This document shows, in pieces, positions 27,827 through 38,261 of a DNA stretch of 64,000 nucleotides (positions are counted from its first letter, which is position 1; every line of letters begins with the position of its first letter). The notes beneath the pieces are model-generated. The model made no database searches. It had not been told where the DNA came from and saw only the letters and a list, made by a program, of their open reading frames with translations. The stretch is from Nitrosopumilus sp. (GTDB lineage: Archaea > Thermoproteota > Nitrososphaeria > Nitrososphaerales > Nitrosopumilaceae). Where the stretch lies: contig OY763927.2 of assembly GCA_963667665.2 (NCBI GenBank), forward strand, positions 1,024,001 to 1,088,000, given 5' to 3'. Both the position numbers and the translations under genes were made by a program.

Positions 27827-28018
27827 CTATTCTGATTTTTTGACTTTTTGTGCTGCAGGTCCTTTTTGACCTTCGCCTACTTCAAACTCGACTTTATCGC
27901 CTTCGTTGATGAATCCGTCAACGTCTGATTTATGTACAAACAGATCGTCTCCACCTTCTCTTTCGATAAAACCAAAGCCCTTAGTACGGTTAAACCACTT
28001 TACGGTGCCTTGTTCCAT
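27827..28018 (-). CDS. cspA: Cold-shock protein
   Basis: GTVKWFN..KGFGFI, DLFVH. Confidence 0.96.
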   Translation of the reverse strand: MEQGTVKWFNRTKGFGFIEREGGDDLFVHKSDVDGFINEGDKVEFEVGEGQKGPAAQKVKKSE

Positions 28019-28089
28019 TTGATTTTCAGATAATTAATCGCTATATTAAGTAAGTCATCAAAAGAAGATCAAGCACAAATCAATGATGG

Positions 28090-28401
28090 CTAAAAATCTT
28101 TAGGAATATGATTTTGTTCCTTTAACCATGTCACTTGAGGTAATGTGAATCTCCAAATTATATCACCACGTTCTTTTTCTTTAAAATCCCAAGGTGCAAT
28201 AATCACAATATCATTATCTCGAATCCAAACTCTTCTCTTTAGTTTTCCTCTAATTCTACCACGTCTGGTAACATTATCAGCACATTTTATCATGACATTT
28301 TCACCTCCAAGCATTTTCAATACCCGTCCAAAAAGTTCACCTTCTTCAGGAAGACGAATTTCTTTAAGAGCACTTTCATTTTTTACTTGGCGCTTACCCA
28401 T
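28090..28401 (-). CDS. eif1a: Translation initiation factor aIF-1A
   Basis: IRGKLKRRVWIR, APWDF; start refined to MGKRQ. Confidence 0.95.
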   Translation of the reverse strand: MGKRQVKNESALKEIRLPEEGELFGRVLKMLGGENVMIKCADNVTRRGRIRGKLKRRVWIRDNDIVIIAPWDFKEKERGDIIWRFTLPQVTWLKEQNHIPKDF

Positions 28402-28510
28402 GAGTATAATTAACATTGTGAGCATATAACTGATAGTGTTTTTGATAGTGAGAAATTCATGCACAGCACAATACACAAGAAATTTTATCTATTATTATGA
28501 GAAATAATCT

Positions 28511-29074
28511 ATGGAATTTAGGTGTATAGAAGATTGTTCTCAATGTTGTATTGAAAGGGAGTATTATCCAAGTAAAAAATTTGGAAAAATAGGAGTGTTA
28601 ATTCTTCCTGAAGAAAAAGAGAGAATAGAAAAATTAGCAAAATTAAATGGATTAGAGATCAAAATTCTTCCAAGAATTGGGATTTCTGATAAGAAAAATT
28701 CAACTCCAACTAAAATTTTAGCATATCAAATGATGGGAATTGAAAAAAATGGAAACACATGTCCATTCTTAGATACAGACAGTGGAAAAAAATCACCACA
28801 TGGTGGATTTCCATGTAGAATTTACAAAGAAAGACCACTTGCATGTATGACTTATCCATTAATTGAATTGGATCCAATCACACTTGATGAAAAATGCAAG
28901 TTTTGTAAAGAACATGGAACAGCAGACAAAAATCTAAATTCAGAAATAGAATCTCTTCTAAAGATTAAAGAAAAAATGGATACCAATGCTTCATTTATTT
29001 GGAGATTTGCAACTGGAATTGGAGAGTTAGAAGATCAGCAAATTTTGGAATCAGGTTGGATTTTAGAAGAATAG
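28511..29074 (+). CDS. YkgJ-family cysteine-cluster protein
   Basis: C...CSQCC, CPFL, CRIYKERPLACMTYP. Confidence 0.85.
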   Translation: MEFRCIEDCSQCCIEREYYPSKKFGKIGVLILPEEKERIEKLAKLNGLEIKILPRIGISDKKNSTPTKILAYQMMGIEKNGNTCPFLDTDSGKKSPHGGFPCRIYKERPLACMTYPLIELDPITLDEKCKFCKEHGTADKNLNSEIESLLKIKEKMDTNASFIWRFATGIGELEDQQILESGWILEE

Positions 29075-29144
29075 ACTAGTCACAAAAATTGTATGAGGCA
29101 TCATTCAACCAAAAATACAAAAAGCATTAGAACTTTTGTGTATT

Positions 29145-29645
29145 ATGAACGAAGATGCATGGTCAAATCTAGATAAAGTTGATCAAAAGATTATCGAGAT
29201 TCTCAACAACAATGCTAGAACCCCATCAAAAGAAATTGCATCAGAACTAACTAGATCAGGTCATGATGTTTCAGATAGAACAATCAGAAAGAGAATAGAA
29301 CGACTTGAGAAAAGTGGGATCATCAAAGGATACAAAGCAGTTCTAACAGATGTATCAGGAATTAACAAGTATCAAGCAATATTGATGAAACTGAAACCAT
29401 CAAAGTCACTGGAAGCAGTAAAAGATTCTATCAAAGAATTCATTACAAAATTAGATAATTATCTTCTAGTTGCAAATATGGAAGGAGAATGGAATATGTT
29501 AATAATGATTCAAGTGGATTCTGAAAAAACAAACACATCACAGAAAATTGTGGAAAAATTTTCAGAAGAATTAATTGATTATAGAATTAATGAAATAGAT
29601 ATCAAAGATGCAAATATACTAAACATGTCTCTACTTTTATTGTAG
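29145..29645 (+). CDS. Lrp/AsnC-family transcriptional regulator
   Basis: LDKVDQKIIEILNNNART...RIERLEKSGIIKGY. Confidence 0.9.
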   Translation: MNEDAWSNLDKVDQKIIEILNNNARTPSKEIASELTRSGHDVSDRTIRKRIERLEKSGIIKGYKAVLTDVSGINKYQAILMKLKPSKSLEAVKDSIKEFITKLDNYLLVANMEGEWNMLIMIQVDSEKTNTSQKIVEKFSEELIDYRINEIDIKDANILNMSLLLL

Positions 29646-30392
29646 TAAAGAATATTCTGATTCTGCCACATCTATTGCTTTTTTGAGTTCATCAAGTGTA
29701 AAGGGTTTTTGAATAAATGCTGAAACACCAGTACTGATTGTTTTGTTAACACGTTTGGTTGTCTTATCATCGGCAGTAATTACTACAATCTGTAAATTTA
29801 TTTTATCCTGGAGTAGTTTTGTCGCAACAACATCACCTTCAAGATCAGGTAATCCCATATCTAAAAGAATCACAGGTTCTTTATTTTCAGAAAATAGTTT
29901 TTTGCATCCTTTGATACCATCTTTCCCATTCTCAAAAACATAAACTTCAGAATAACCTAATTTTTCGACATAATTTTCTAATTTCATTACAACTGCTTTA
30001 CTATCATCAATTATTACAATGGGTCTTGTAACTGGAATTGTTGATGAAACAATCATTTTTGCTTTTTGATATGCCTCTTTTGCTTTGTCAAATTCTCCTA
30101 AACTTAAGAAACATTTTGAAGCATAAAGTAATGCACCTTTCACATTATTGGAATTTTTTGAATTTGAATATTTTAAAAACAAATCTCCTGCTTCTTTGAT
30201 TTCATTTTTAGATTCTTTTCCATGTCTAGTTTTGCATTCAGCAGATAACATATACAATAAAGCAGAACGGACAGGATCTGATTTTTTTAAAGATTCAGCT
30301 TGATTTAGGAATAGGTTATGGGCAGTAATGAATTGTTTATTTTTCAGATGAGTAACTGCAATTTCACAATTAATTTTTGAAACCAATATCAA
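29637..30392 (-). CDS. Response regulator: TPR-like N-terminus + C-terminal receiver domain
   Basis: IIDD, LLDMGLP, VITAD, IQKPF. Confidence 0.85.
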   Translation of the reverse strand: MILVSKINCEIAVTHLKNKQFITAHNLFLNQAESLKKSDPVRSALLYMLSAECKTRHGKESKNEIKEAGDLFLKYSNSKNSNNVKGALLYASKCFLSLGEFDKAKEAYQKAKMIVSSTIPVTRPIVIIDDSKAVVMKLENYVEKLGYSEVYVFENGKDGIKGCKKLFSENKEPVILLDMGLPDLEGDVVATKLLQDKINLQIVVITADDKTTKRVNKTISTGVSAFIQKPFTLDELKKAIDVAESEYSLLQ

Positions 30393-30437
30393 TATTCGAC
30401 GTTTTTATTTTATAAGATTTTGTTATGGTAAATCAAA

Positions 30438-31514
30438 CTATGGATTTATCACAGCACGGCCAATAATTTTTCTGGCTTTGAGATCATTTAAGGCAGTGTT
30501 TGCCTCATCAAGAGCATATCTTTTTGATATGACTGGTTTTATTACTCCTTTTTTTGCTAACTCTATCAATTCAACCATATCATTATAGTTACCAGTGTAA
30601 GCACCCTGAATAGTAATTGATTTGAGAGGAATTGTTACCAGAGATAATTCAAGAGATCCTCCAAAAAGTCCAACAAGTATCAAATTTCCTCGTTTTCGTA
30701 TTACCCCCAATGCAGTTTTCACAGTTTGAGGCGCATTAACAAAGTCAATAATACTATCAGGCCCTTTTCCATTACAAATAGAAATTATTTTGTCTATTGG
30801 AGTTCCTACTCCAGAAGATAAAGACCCAGTAACATTAGTATTTACAACAAAATCTGCACCCATTTTTTTGGCAGTATCAAATTTTTTGTCATCATTATCA
30901 ATGCAGACAATTTTAGCTTTAGTTATTGCCTTTGCAATTTGAATTGCCATCAATCCTAATCCACCAGCCCCAATTATCAACAAAAATTCTGGTGAATTTA
31001 CATTTGCTTTTTTGACAGCATTATATGCAGTAAGTCCAGAACAAGCAAGCGAAGTTGCAGAATCTAAATCAACACCATCAAGTTTTGCTAAATATTTGGA
31101 ATCAGGAACTAAAGCATAATCAGAATATCCACCATCTTGAAAAACACCCATTGATTTTGGTGTATCACACAAATTTTCATTTCCCACTTTACATGCAGGA
31201 CATTCCCCACAACCTATCCAAGGAAAAACTAAAACTTCGTCTCCTTTTGATATTCCAGAAACTGAATCACCAATTTCTTCAACAATACCAGCAATTTCAT
31301 GCCCAGGAGTTACAGGGTATTTTACACCTCTATCTGTAACCTTCATAAATTTTCCATCTCCAAGATCATATCCTCCTTCCCACAAGTGTAAATCACTATG
31401 ACAAACACCTACAGATTTTACTTTAACTAGAACTTGATTTCCTTGAGGTTTGGGAGTCTCAAATTCCAATACAACAAGAGGCTCATTAGGGCCTATGATT
31501 CTAGCAGATTTCAT
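30438..31514 (-). CDS. Zn-dependent alcohol dehydrogenase
   Basis: GVCHSD, GHE, CGECPAC...C, GAGGLG. Confidence 0.93.
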   Translation of the reverse strand: MKSARIIGPNEPLVVLEFETPKPQGNQVLVKVKSVGVCHSDLHLWEGGYDLGDGKFMKVTDRGVKYPVTPGHEIAGIVEEIGDSVSGISKGDEVLVFPWIGCGECPACKVGNENLCDTPKSMGVFQDGGYSDYALVPDSKYLAKLDGVDLDSATSLACSGLTAYNAVKKANVNSPEFLLIIGAGGLGLMAIQIAKAITKAKIVCIDNDDKKFDTAKKMGADFVVNTNVTGSLSSGVGTPIDKIISICNGKGPDSIIDFVNAPQTVKTALGVIRKRGNLILVGLFGGSLELSLVTIPLKSITIQGAYTGNYNDMVELIELAKKGVIKPVISKRYALDEANTALNDLKARKIIGRAVINP

Positions 31515-31608
31515 AGGCTAGTTTTTCGTCATAACAATATAAGAGTTGACTGGAAGTGAGAGAAAAATAGAGCCCTTAGATATTATTGAATATGATAAAA
31601 GTTATCAT

Positions 31609-32286
31609 ATGAGTGAGTCAGAAACTCCCAATAGTATATCTCAAGAACCAATAAACATCCTATTTAGCCCCTCATCTGTTTCCAAAAAAGATGTTTGGGA
31701 TATTGACCTAATTCAAATTTTAAATTTATTAATAAAAATTCTGGAAAAATCAGGTAAGAAGGATTTTAAAGTTGCAGGAATGGCAGCATTATCATCATCG
31801 TTAATCTATAGAATGAAAGTCGAAAGTATTTTTGCATTACAAAGAGCAGCCATGGAGAAAAAACCAATGAATCAAAGAACAGACATAGATATTGAATTAA
31901 TAGACATTCCATTTAGGCATGAATCCACATACCCAGTTACACTAGATGATTTATTGGGATTACTTCAAAATCTTATAGGTACAATTGCAAATCCTCAATC
32001 AAGAAGAAACAGACGATTAGAAATTGAGCCAATTGAAGCACCTGACTTTCAAGAATATTTCATTTCACTTGAAAGTATAATTGGAAAATATGAAGACTTG
32101 GTAATGAAAAAAATATCAGTAAAGGGATTTGGGTTACTTCAAGACATTATTTTAGATCTTGATGAAATAGATTCAATCAGATGTTTCTTTGCAATATTAT
32201 TTTTGGCTAGAGACCAAAAAGTTGACCTTGAACAAATTGAAGAGGATATCAAAATTACAGTAATAAAAGAAGAATTAACAAACTGA
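31609..32286 (+). CDS. scpA: Segregation/condensation protein A (kleisin)
   Basis: DVWDIDL, VTLDDL, FFAILFLA; upstream of scpB. Confidence 0.8.
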   Translation: MSESETPNSISQEPINILFSPSSVSKKDVWDIDLIQILNLLIKILEKSGKKDFKVAGMAALSSSLIYRMKVESIFALQRAAMEKKPMNQRTDIDIELIDIPFRHESTYPVTLDDLLGLLQNLIGTIANPQSRRNRRLEIEPIEAPDFQEYFISLESIIGKYEDLVMKKISVKGFGLLQDIILDLDEIDSIRCFFAILFLARDQKVDLEQIEEDIKITVIKEELTN

Positions 32287-32338
32287 TCAATAATGGAGAA
32301 AAGATTTCTTTAACTAATTTTAGAGGATGAATAGATAA

Positions 32339-32917
32339 TTGGCTAAAATTGATAATCTGGATGAGGCAACAGCAAGAATTGAGGCAGCACTTTACTCAGC
32401 AGGTAGACCACTTAGAATAGAAGACTTAATCAGAGCCTCAGGCACAGAATCAAGAAAAAAGACACTAGAATTACTCAAAGAAATTATGAAAAAGACAAAG
32501 TCAGCATTCAAAGCACTTGAAGTAGTCATACTTCCAGATGAATCATATGTATTTCAATTAAAGCCAGAATACAGCTCTACTGTTAAAAGATATGCTTCAA
32601 AACCTGTTCTTCCAAATGCTGCACTAAAGACATTATCATACATTGCATATAGTCAACCAATATCATCAAAACAACTTGTAGAGACAAGAGGTTCCGGAGT
32701 TTATGCACATCTAAAAGAACTACGACAATTAGATTACATCAGTCATCAAAATGTTGGGAGATTAAAAATTTACACAACATCAGAAAAGTTCCAAAAGTAT
32801 TTTGGAATTCAAGGAGATGTAGAAGATCTAAAACAAAGACTATTCTCCAAAGTAAGGAAAATAGCAAGTATGACTCAAACAAATCCGGATCCTCAAATTG
32901 TTACAGAACTAAACTAA
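32339..32917 (+). CDS. scpB: Segregation/condensation protein B
   Basis: IEAALYSAGRPL, LKTLSYIAYSQPI, YTTSEKFQKYFG. Confidence 0.92.
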   Translation: MAKIDNLDEATARIEAALYSAGRPLRIEDLIRASGTESRKKTLELLKEIMKKTKSAFKALEVVILPDESYVFQLKPEYSSTVKRYASKPVLPNAALKTLSYIAYSQPISSKQLVETRGSGVYAHLKELRQLDYISHQNVGRLKIYTTSEKFQKYFGIQGDVEDLKQRLFSKVRKIASMTQTNPDPQIVTELN

Positions 32918-32983
32918 TCAGATTTGAATTCAAGGCTAATTTTTTGCGTTTTGTATAAATTAGAGTAACTAAGACAAGGTTTT

Positions 32984-33367
32984 GTGAAAAAGTGCGTAGA
33001 GAATTTAGCAACCAGTAAAATAACTGGTGGAAGAAGACATCCACTTAGAACTAGACGAAAGTATGAAACTGACAGATACCCAAATGAACCAATTAATGGA
33101 GCTCAAGTAACAGTAACAAGACACACCCGTGGAAAAAATAGAAAGACAGCTTTGAAAGCTGTTGATTTTGTTAATTTATCTACAGGTGATGCTAAAGTCA
33201 AGAAAACAAAAATTATCAAAGTTTTAGATAATGCAACAAACAATGATTACAAAAGACGTGGCATTATTACAAAGGGTGCAATTTTAGAAATTCAAGAAGG
33301 TAAGTGTAGAATTGTTTCTAGACCTGGACAAAACGGAATAGCTAACGCAATTTTACTAAAGGAATAA
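32984..33367 (+). CDS. rps8e: 30S ribosomal protein S8e
   Basis: KITGG, RRGIITKGAI, SRPGQNG. Confidence 0.95.
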   Translation: MKKCVENLATSKITGGRRHPLRTRRKYETDRYPNEPINGAQVTVTRHTRGKNRKTALKAVDFVNLSTGDAKVKKTKIIKVLDNATNNDYKRRGIITKGAILEIQEGKCRIVSRPGQNGIANAILLKE

Positions 33368-33368
33368 A

Positions 33369-33668
33369 ATGAAAGATTACGAACATGTCGTAATCTGGTT
33401 GGATTATTTCAACAAGAATTTAAAAAAATCTAAAGGAAGAAGAATTGGATTAGAAAAATGTGTTTTTGATCCTTCATTAAAAGAGCTGATTGATGCAACA
33501 AAAGATGCTGGATTTGAAATTACAGAATCAAATGACAAAGTACGATTTCCTAAAAGACCATTTGTTAGGTCAGGATATGTCGTTTTACCAAAAGGATCCA
33601 CAAAGACAATAATTCTTAACAAAATTTCTGAAAAACTGATTACAAAAAGGTCAAAGCAATCAAAATAA
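33369..33668 (+). CDS. srp19: Signal recognition particle protein SRP19
   Basis: IW.DYFN.....KGRR, P.L.EL; position after rps8e. Confidence 0.88.
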   Translation: MKDYEHVVIWLDYFNKNLKKSKGRRIGLEKCVFDPSLKELIDATKDAGFEITESNDKVRFPKRPFVRSGYVVLPKGSTKTIILNKISEKLITKRSKQSK

Positions 33669-33741
33669 AATCAATTCTAGCTCTTAGCTAAAGTAAAGTT
33701 GACAGAAGTATATGAAAACAATATCATGTTAGTGTTTTTAA

Positions 33742-34011
33742 TTGCAGGAGGTAGGCGAAATAATGCACCTAGCCGGAAGTGGCAGGGTAATCATTCAACT
33801 ATCAAACAAACTAGTTGAAGGACAAATACTCTGTGACGAAAAAGGAACTAGAGTTGCAAAAGTAATGGAATTGATTGGTCCAGTAAGTAGACCATTTGCA
33901 TCTGCAACTCCGTTGACAAATAATATCAAAAAATACATTGGCAAAAGTGTTTTCGCATCTGAACAAGCTCCTGCAAGTACACCAAAAAAATTTAGGAGAA
34001 GAAGAAAATGA
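33742..34011 (+). CDS. gar1: H/ACA RNP protein Gar1
   Basis: KV.ELIGPVSRPF; position between srp19 and tfb. Confidence 0.85.
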   Translation: MQEVGEIMHLAGSGRVIIQLSNKLVEGQILCDEKGTRVAKVMELIGPVSRPFASATPLTNNIKKYIGKSVFASEQAPASTPKKFRRRRK

Positions 34012-34958
34012 ATATATTAAAAACCCAAAACTGTCCTGAATGTAAATCTACATTAGTAGATGACATGCAGAATGGCGAAATAATCTGCTCTGGTTGTGGC
34101 GTAGTAGTCGCTGATCAGATTGCAGACAGTGGTCCAGAAACAATTAGTTCGAATCTCGAAGACAAGATGAGGTTAGCAAGAGCAACCGGACAAACAACTT
34201 ATTCTCAACATGACTTGGGAATAACAACTGAGATTTCAATTAGTGCAAAGGACTTTAGTGGTAAAACAATTAACCACGAAGTTGCAAATCAAATGCACAA
34301 TCTCAGAAAATGGCAACAAAGAATACGAGTTTCCTCACCAAGAGAAAGAAGACTTGCAAATGTTTTAGCAAAAATGGGCGAAACATGTGATGGTCTTAGT
34401 CTTTCAAAGAATGTGTTGGAAACTGCTTCTATGATATACAGAAACTTGGATGGACACGTAGATGTGAAGGGAAAATCAGTAGTTAGTATTACAGCTGCTA
34501 CAATCTACATGGCATGCAAACAATGTGAAGTGGTAAGATCACTAGAAGAAATTTGTCGAGGAATTTGTCCGGCGAAAGATGTTAAATCAAAAACAAAACT
34601 TGCAGCAAGATACTATAGAACCATGGTAATGGAAATGGGACAATTTGTTGCCCCAGTTGTAACCATGGACAAATACATCTCAAAGATAGCAAACATGACA
34701 CAAACTGAGGTTAGAGTTGAAAGACTAGCCTTGGAAATTGCAGAAAAAACCAAAGATAGTAGCATTTCAGATGGAAAGGCACCAAATGGAATTGCAGCAG
34801 CATATCTGTATGTGGCATCAGTCCTACTTGGGCAAAACGTACTTCAAAGAGACATTTCAAGTGTTGCAGGAGTCACAGAAGTTACTATCAGAAATAGATG
34901 TAAAGAGATTCTAACATGTTACAAACTCAAAATTACTTTGAGACCAACTCTGGCATAA
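34008..34958 (+). CDS. tfb: Transcription initiation factor IIB (TFB)
   Basis: CPEC...CSGCG Zn ribbon, LRKWQ, two cyclin repeats, VTEVTIRNR. Confidence 0.95.
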   Translation: MNILKTQNCPECKSTLVDDMQNGEIICSGCGVVVADQIADSGPETISSNLEDKMRLARATGQTTYSQHDLGITTEISISAKDFSGKTINHEVANQMHNLRKWQQRIRVSSPRERRLANVLAKMGETCDGLSLSKNVLETASMIYRNLDGHVDVKGKSVVSITAATIYMACKQCEVVRSLEEICRGICPAKDVKSKTKLAARYYRTMVMEMGQFVAPVVTMDKYISKIANMTQTEVRVERLALEIAEKTKDSSISDGKAPNGIAAAYLYVASVLLGQNVLQRDISSVAGVTEVTIRNRCKEILTCYKLKITLRPTLA

Positions 34959-35003
34959 CACTACACCCTCCCCCCTTTTCATTTTATTATCAAAAATATA
35001 TCA

Positions 35004-35017
35004 TTAGGATTAGCTAA
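35004..35017 (+). promoter_or_regulatory. Semi-palindromic box TTAGGATTAGCTAA upstream of sufC
   Basis: Ends 42 nt before the sufC ATG, just upstream of the TATA-like box; matches the boxes upstream of sufB. Confidence 0.6.
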
Positions 35018-35058
35018 ATTTCGTCTGCATTATATAGCGATATAAAATACAGCGCAAC

Positions 35059-35829
35059 ATGGCAGTATTAGAAATCAAAGACCTTCATGTATCAAGAGAA
35101 GGTAAAGAGATTCTCAAAGGAGTTAATCTAAAGACAGGTCCTGGAGAAGTACATGCCATTATGGGACCAAATGGTTCAGGAAAAAGTACACTAGCATACA
35201 CACTACTTGGACATCCAAAATACCAAGTTACTAAAGGAGACATTTTGATTGATGGTGAAAGCATTTTAAAATTAAAGGCAGATGAAAGAGCAAAGAAAGG
35301 ATTATTCTTAGGATTTCAATACCCAACAGAAGTTTCAGGTGTAGGATTTTCTCACTTTCTTAGAACAGCTTACAACTCTTTAAGCAAAGCACTTGAGGGA
35401 GACAACAGAGAAGTATTCATTACAGTAAGAGAATTTCAAAAATATCTAAAAGAAAATTTAGCCAAAGTAGGATTAAAAGAAGAATTTCTATCAAGATATC
35501 TTAACGAAGGATTTTCTGGAGGAGAAAAGAAACGTGCAGAAGTTTTACAAATGGCAGTGTTAAAACCAAAAATTGCAATTTTAGATGAACCAGATTCAGG
35601 ATTAGATATTGATGCAGTTCAATCAGTGGCAAAAGCAATCAGTCAAGTATCTGGAAAAGAGGCAACAACAATCATAATTACTCACTATGCCAGAATTCTA
35701 AAATTCCTAGACAAACTAGATTATGTACATGTATTTGCAGAAGGAAAAGTCATGAAAACAGGTGATGCATCACTTGCAGATAAACTGGAAGCAGAAGGTT
35801 ACGAATGGGTCATTAAACAAACAGCCTAA
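35059..35829 (+). CDS. sufC: Fe-S assembly ATPase SufC
   Basis: GPNGSGKST, FQYP, LNEGFSGGEKKR, DEPDSGLD, ITHY. Confidence 0.96.
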   Translation: MAVLEIKDLHVSREGKEILKGVNLKTGPGEVHAIMGPNGSGKSTLAYTLLGHPKYQVTKGDILIDGESILKLKADERAKKGLFLGFQYPTEVSGVGFSHFLRTAYNSLSKALEGDNREVFITVREFQKYLKENLAKVGLKEEFLSRYLNEGFSGGEKKRAEVLQMAVLKPKIAILDEPDSGLDIDAVQSVAKAISQVSGKEATTIIITHYARILKFLDKLDYVHVFAEGKVMKTGDASLADKLEAEGYEWVIKQTA

Positions 35830-35863
35830 TCAAATTTAAACAGAAAATTTTTTCAAAAAACCA

Positions 35864-36076
35864 TTGATTTACAAAGTTAAAGTAGAATTTTCTAAAGAAT
35901 TTCTAGAAATTAAAGACAACCAAATTAACATTGGAGTAAAATCAAAACCAGTCAAAGGAGAAGCTAGCAAAGAAATCATCAAAAAACTAGCAAAACATTT
36001 TGGAGTATCCACTACACTTGTTCATATAAAATCAGGCCACAAATCTCATCAAAAAATTATCGAGATTCTACAATAG
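35864..36076 (+). CDS. DUF167/YggU-family protein
   Basis: PVKGEA...LAKHFGV....I.SGHKS..K. Confidence 0.8.
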   Translation: MIYKVKVEFSKEFLEIKDNQINIGVKSKPVKGEASKEIIKKLAKHFGVSTTLVHIKSGHKSHQKIIEILQ

Positions 36077-36122
36077 AAAATTTAGTTTTTTGTTTAAATA
36101 GGGTTTCAAAATTGGAGAAACC

Positions 36123-36797
36123 ATGTCAGAAGACAATGATCAATATTATTTCAATTACTCATTTTTCAAAGTTGATCCTAAATGGAGATGGATGGCAGAC
36201 TTGGCAAAAGAAGAATCTGCAAAAGAAGTTGAAAATATAATTAAAAACTCAGGAATAATGTATAGAACTTATTCAAATCTAGGATTAAGAGATGATACAG
36301 ACTTTTTGTTTTGGTTTGCAGCAAAGACAGTTGAAGAAATTCAAGTAGTTATTGAGAAATTATACAAAACAGTATTTGGAAAATACATTATACCATCTAT
36401 AACATACTTGTCATGTACACGACCATCAGTTTATGCGAAAGAGTCAATGGCTCAGGGATTTGTGACAGGAGACGAACCAAAAAAATACGTGATAGTATAT
36501 CCATTTACAAAAACAAGAGAGTGGTATCTATTACCAAAAGAAAAACGCCAAGAGATAATGGATGAACACATTGGAGTAAGCAAAAAATACCCACAAATTG
36601 TTCTAAACACCACATATTCATTTGGAATTCATGATGAAGATTTTCTTTTAGCATTTGAGGTAGATGATATTAGAGATTTCCAAGATCTTATCATGGATTT
36701 GAGAGAAACTCAAGTATCTACATATGTGAAAAATGATATTCCAATGATTGTATGCATCAAAAAGGACATCATTCCTCTAATTACAAGCATGGGCTAG
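36123..36797 (+). CDS. Chlorite-dismutase-family heme protein, probable coproheme decarboxylase ChdC (HemQ)
   Basis: YPFTK (Y-P-M/F-x-K ChdC signature), WYLLP, EH proximal His, YSFG. Confidence 0.8.
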   Translation: MSEDNDQYYFNYSFFKVDPKWRWMADLAKEESAKEVENIIKNSGIMYRTYSNLGLRDDTDFLFWFAAKTVEEIQVVIEKLYKTVFGKYIIPSITYLSCTRPSVYAKESMAQGFVTGDEPKKYVIVYPFTKTREWYLLPKEKRQEIMDEHIGVSKKYPQIVLNTTYSFGIHDEDFLLAFEVDDIRDFQDLIMDLRETQVSTYVKNDIPMIVCIKKDIIPLITSMG

Positions 36798-36916
36798 ATA
36801 GATTTCAAAAAAAATCCAAGACTAATCAAAATATTTCTCATATAAAACTCAAAAATCAATGATGTAAATCTTGGATAAACATAAATGATGAAATCAGAAT
36901 AAATGGAGACATAGAA

Positions 36917-37915
36917 TTGAATTACAATAAACTAGGAAAGACAGACATCAAAGTATCAGAATTAGGATTTGGTGCATGGGCAATTGCTCTTGATTGGTGG
37001 GGCAAAAAGATTGAAGAAGATGAAGCAAAAAGAATGCTCAAAAAAGCATATGATTTAGGAATCAATCTCTTTGAAACAGGAGACATGTACGGTAAAGGAA
37101 AAAGCGAGAGACTAATTGGCGAGGTTTTCAAAGATATGAGAGATGAAATCGTTATTTCTACAAAATATGGTTATGATTTTGAAGGAGTAGAACAAATTGG
37201 ACACACTGAGCTTCCACAGAAATTTGATGAAGATTTTACAAGAAAGGCATTAAGAAATAGTTTAGAGAGATTGCAAACAGATCATCTTGACATGTATGGT
37301 TTGCATAATCCAAAACTATCTCACATAAGAGATGATTCAATTTTTAATGTACTTGATAGTTTTGTTAAAGACGAAACCATCAAAACATACCAAGTTGCAT
37401 TAGGTCCAGCAATTGGTTGGACACAAGAAGGCCTAGAAGCAATGGATAGACCAAATCTTAGTGCGGTTCAAACAGTTTACAATATCTTAGAACAAACACC
37501 TGGTAATGAATTGATGAAAAAAGCTGAGGAAAAAAATGTTGGAATTTTAGTTAGAGTTCCTGAAGCATCAGGAATACTTACAGGAAAAGTAAATGCAGAC
37601 ACCAAAATTGATGAAAAGGATCACAGATCAGTAAGAAAAGGAGAATGGATTAAGGCATCATTAGAAAAAGTCGAACAGATAAGATCAATTGCAGAAAGAA
37701 ATGAATTAACAATTACAGAGTTAGCAATGAAATTCATAATGACAAAGAAAGGATTTGCATCAGTATTTCCTACTATGGTCAGTGAAGAAGAAATTATCAA
37801 TTATGTAGAAATGACAAAAGGTGGATACATTTCAACATCAGATATGAAAGAGATTGATGAATTATACAATACATGGCCTTCCTATGAATTAAAAGCAACA
37901 TCTCAAGCAAATTAA
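36917..37915 (+). CDS. Aldo/keto reductase
   Basis: LGKTDIKVSELGFG, DMYG, ISTK, SLERLQTD. Confidence 0.92.
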   Translation: MNYNKLGKTDIKVSELGFGAWAIALDWWGKKIEEDEAKRMLKKAYDLGINLFETGDMYGKGKSERLIGEVFKDMRDEIVISTKYGYDFEGVEQIGHTELPQKFDEDFTRKALRNSLERLQTDHLDMYGLHNPKLSHIRDDSIFNVLDSFVKDETIKTYQVALGPAIGWTQEGLEAMDRPNLSAVQTVYNILEQTPGNELMKKAEEKNVGILVRVPEASGILTGKVNADTKIDEKDHRSVRKGEWIKASLEKVEQIRSIAERNELTITELAMKFIMTKKGFASVFPTMVSEEEIINYVEMTKGGYISTSDMKEIDELYNTWPSYELKATSQAN

Positions 37916-37922
37916 TCATTAA

Positions 37923-38261
37923 ATGGTTATTCCAATCGATTCACAAAAGACATTAGAAATTATAGAGGGAATGAAGCTTGCAAAGATTGGCAAGTATGAT
38001 AAGTGGGAAAAAATTATTAAAAAAATTAAAACCGAGAAACCACTAACCCCAGTGGAACTTGAATATTATACTAGTCTAACAAGAATTTACAAGAATTCAA
38101 GCGTGACTAGTAGAAGTAAGATATACCATACAAAACTATCAAAGCAAGATGAAAAACCACCATGCAAAGTATGTGGTGATGATTCTCTATACTATTGCAA
38201 CATGAATGATCAGTATTTTTGTACAATACATGTAGTTGGACATGATGAGAATGAATTCTAA
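37923..38261 (+). CDS. Hypothetical protein with C-terminal B-box-like Zn finger
   Basis: CKVC.....YYC.....FCTIH...H. Confidence 0.7.
   Translation: MVIPIDSQKTLEIIEGMKLAKIGKYDKWEKIIKKIKTEKPLTPVELEYYTSLTRIYKNSSVTSRSKIYHTKLSKQDEKPPCKVCGDDSLYYCNMNDQYFCTIHVVGHDENEF

Noticed and set aside
15811-27830. attL/attR duplication of the tRNA-Tyr 3' end, or an integrase
   Set aside because: No second copy of CCCCACGGGACCA and no tyrosine-recombinase motif seen by eye
27827-28018. Bacterial-type cold-shock protein as recent HGT or island cargo
   Set aside because: Csp homologs are established in marine thaumarchaea; treated as a core flank gene
31609-32917. scpAB without smc as a Wadjet-like system
   Set aside because: No JetC/JetD nearby; looks like ordinary condensin subunits in a housekeeping operon
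33676-33691. CTAGCTCTTAGCTAA upstream of gar1-tfb, resembling the suf box
   Set aside because: Spacer is one nt longer and distance to the start differs; not counted as the same site
36850-36900. ATGATG boxes suggesting a second C/D sRNA
   Set aside because: No D/D' CTGA boxes or terminal stem
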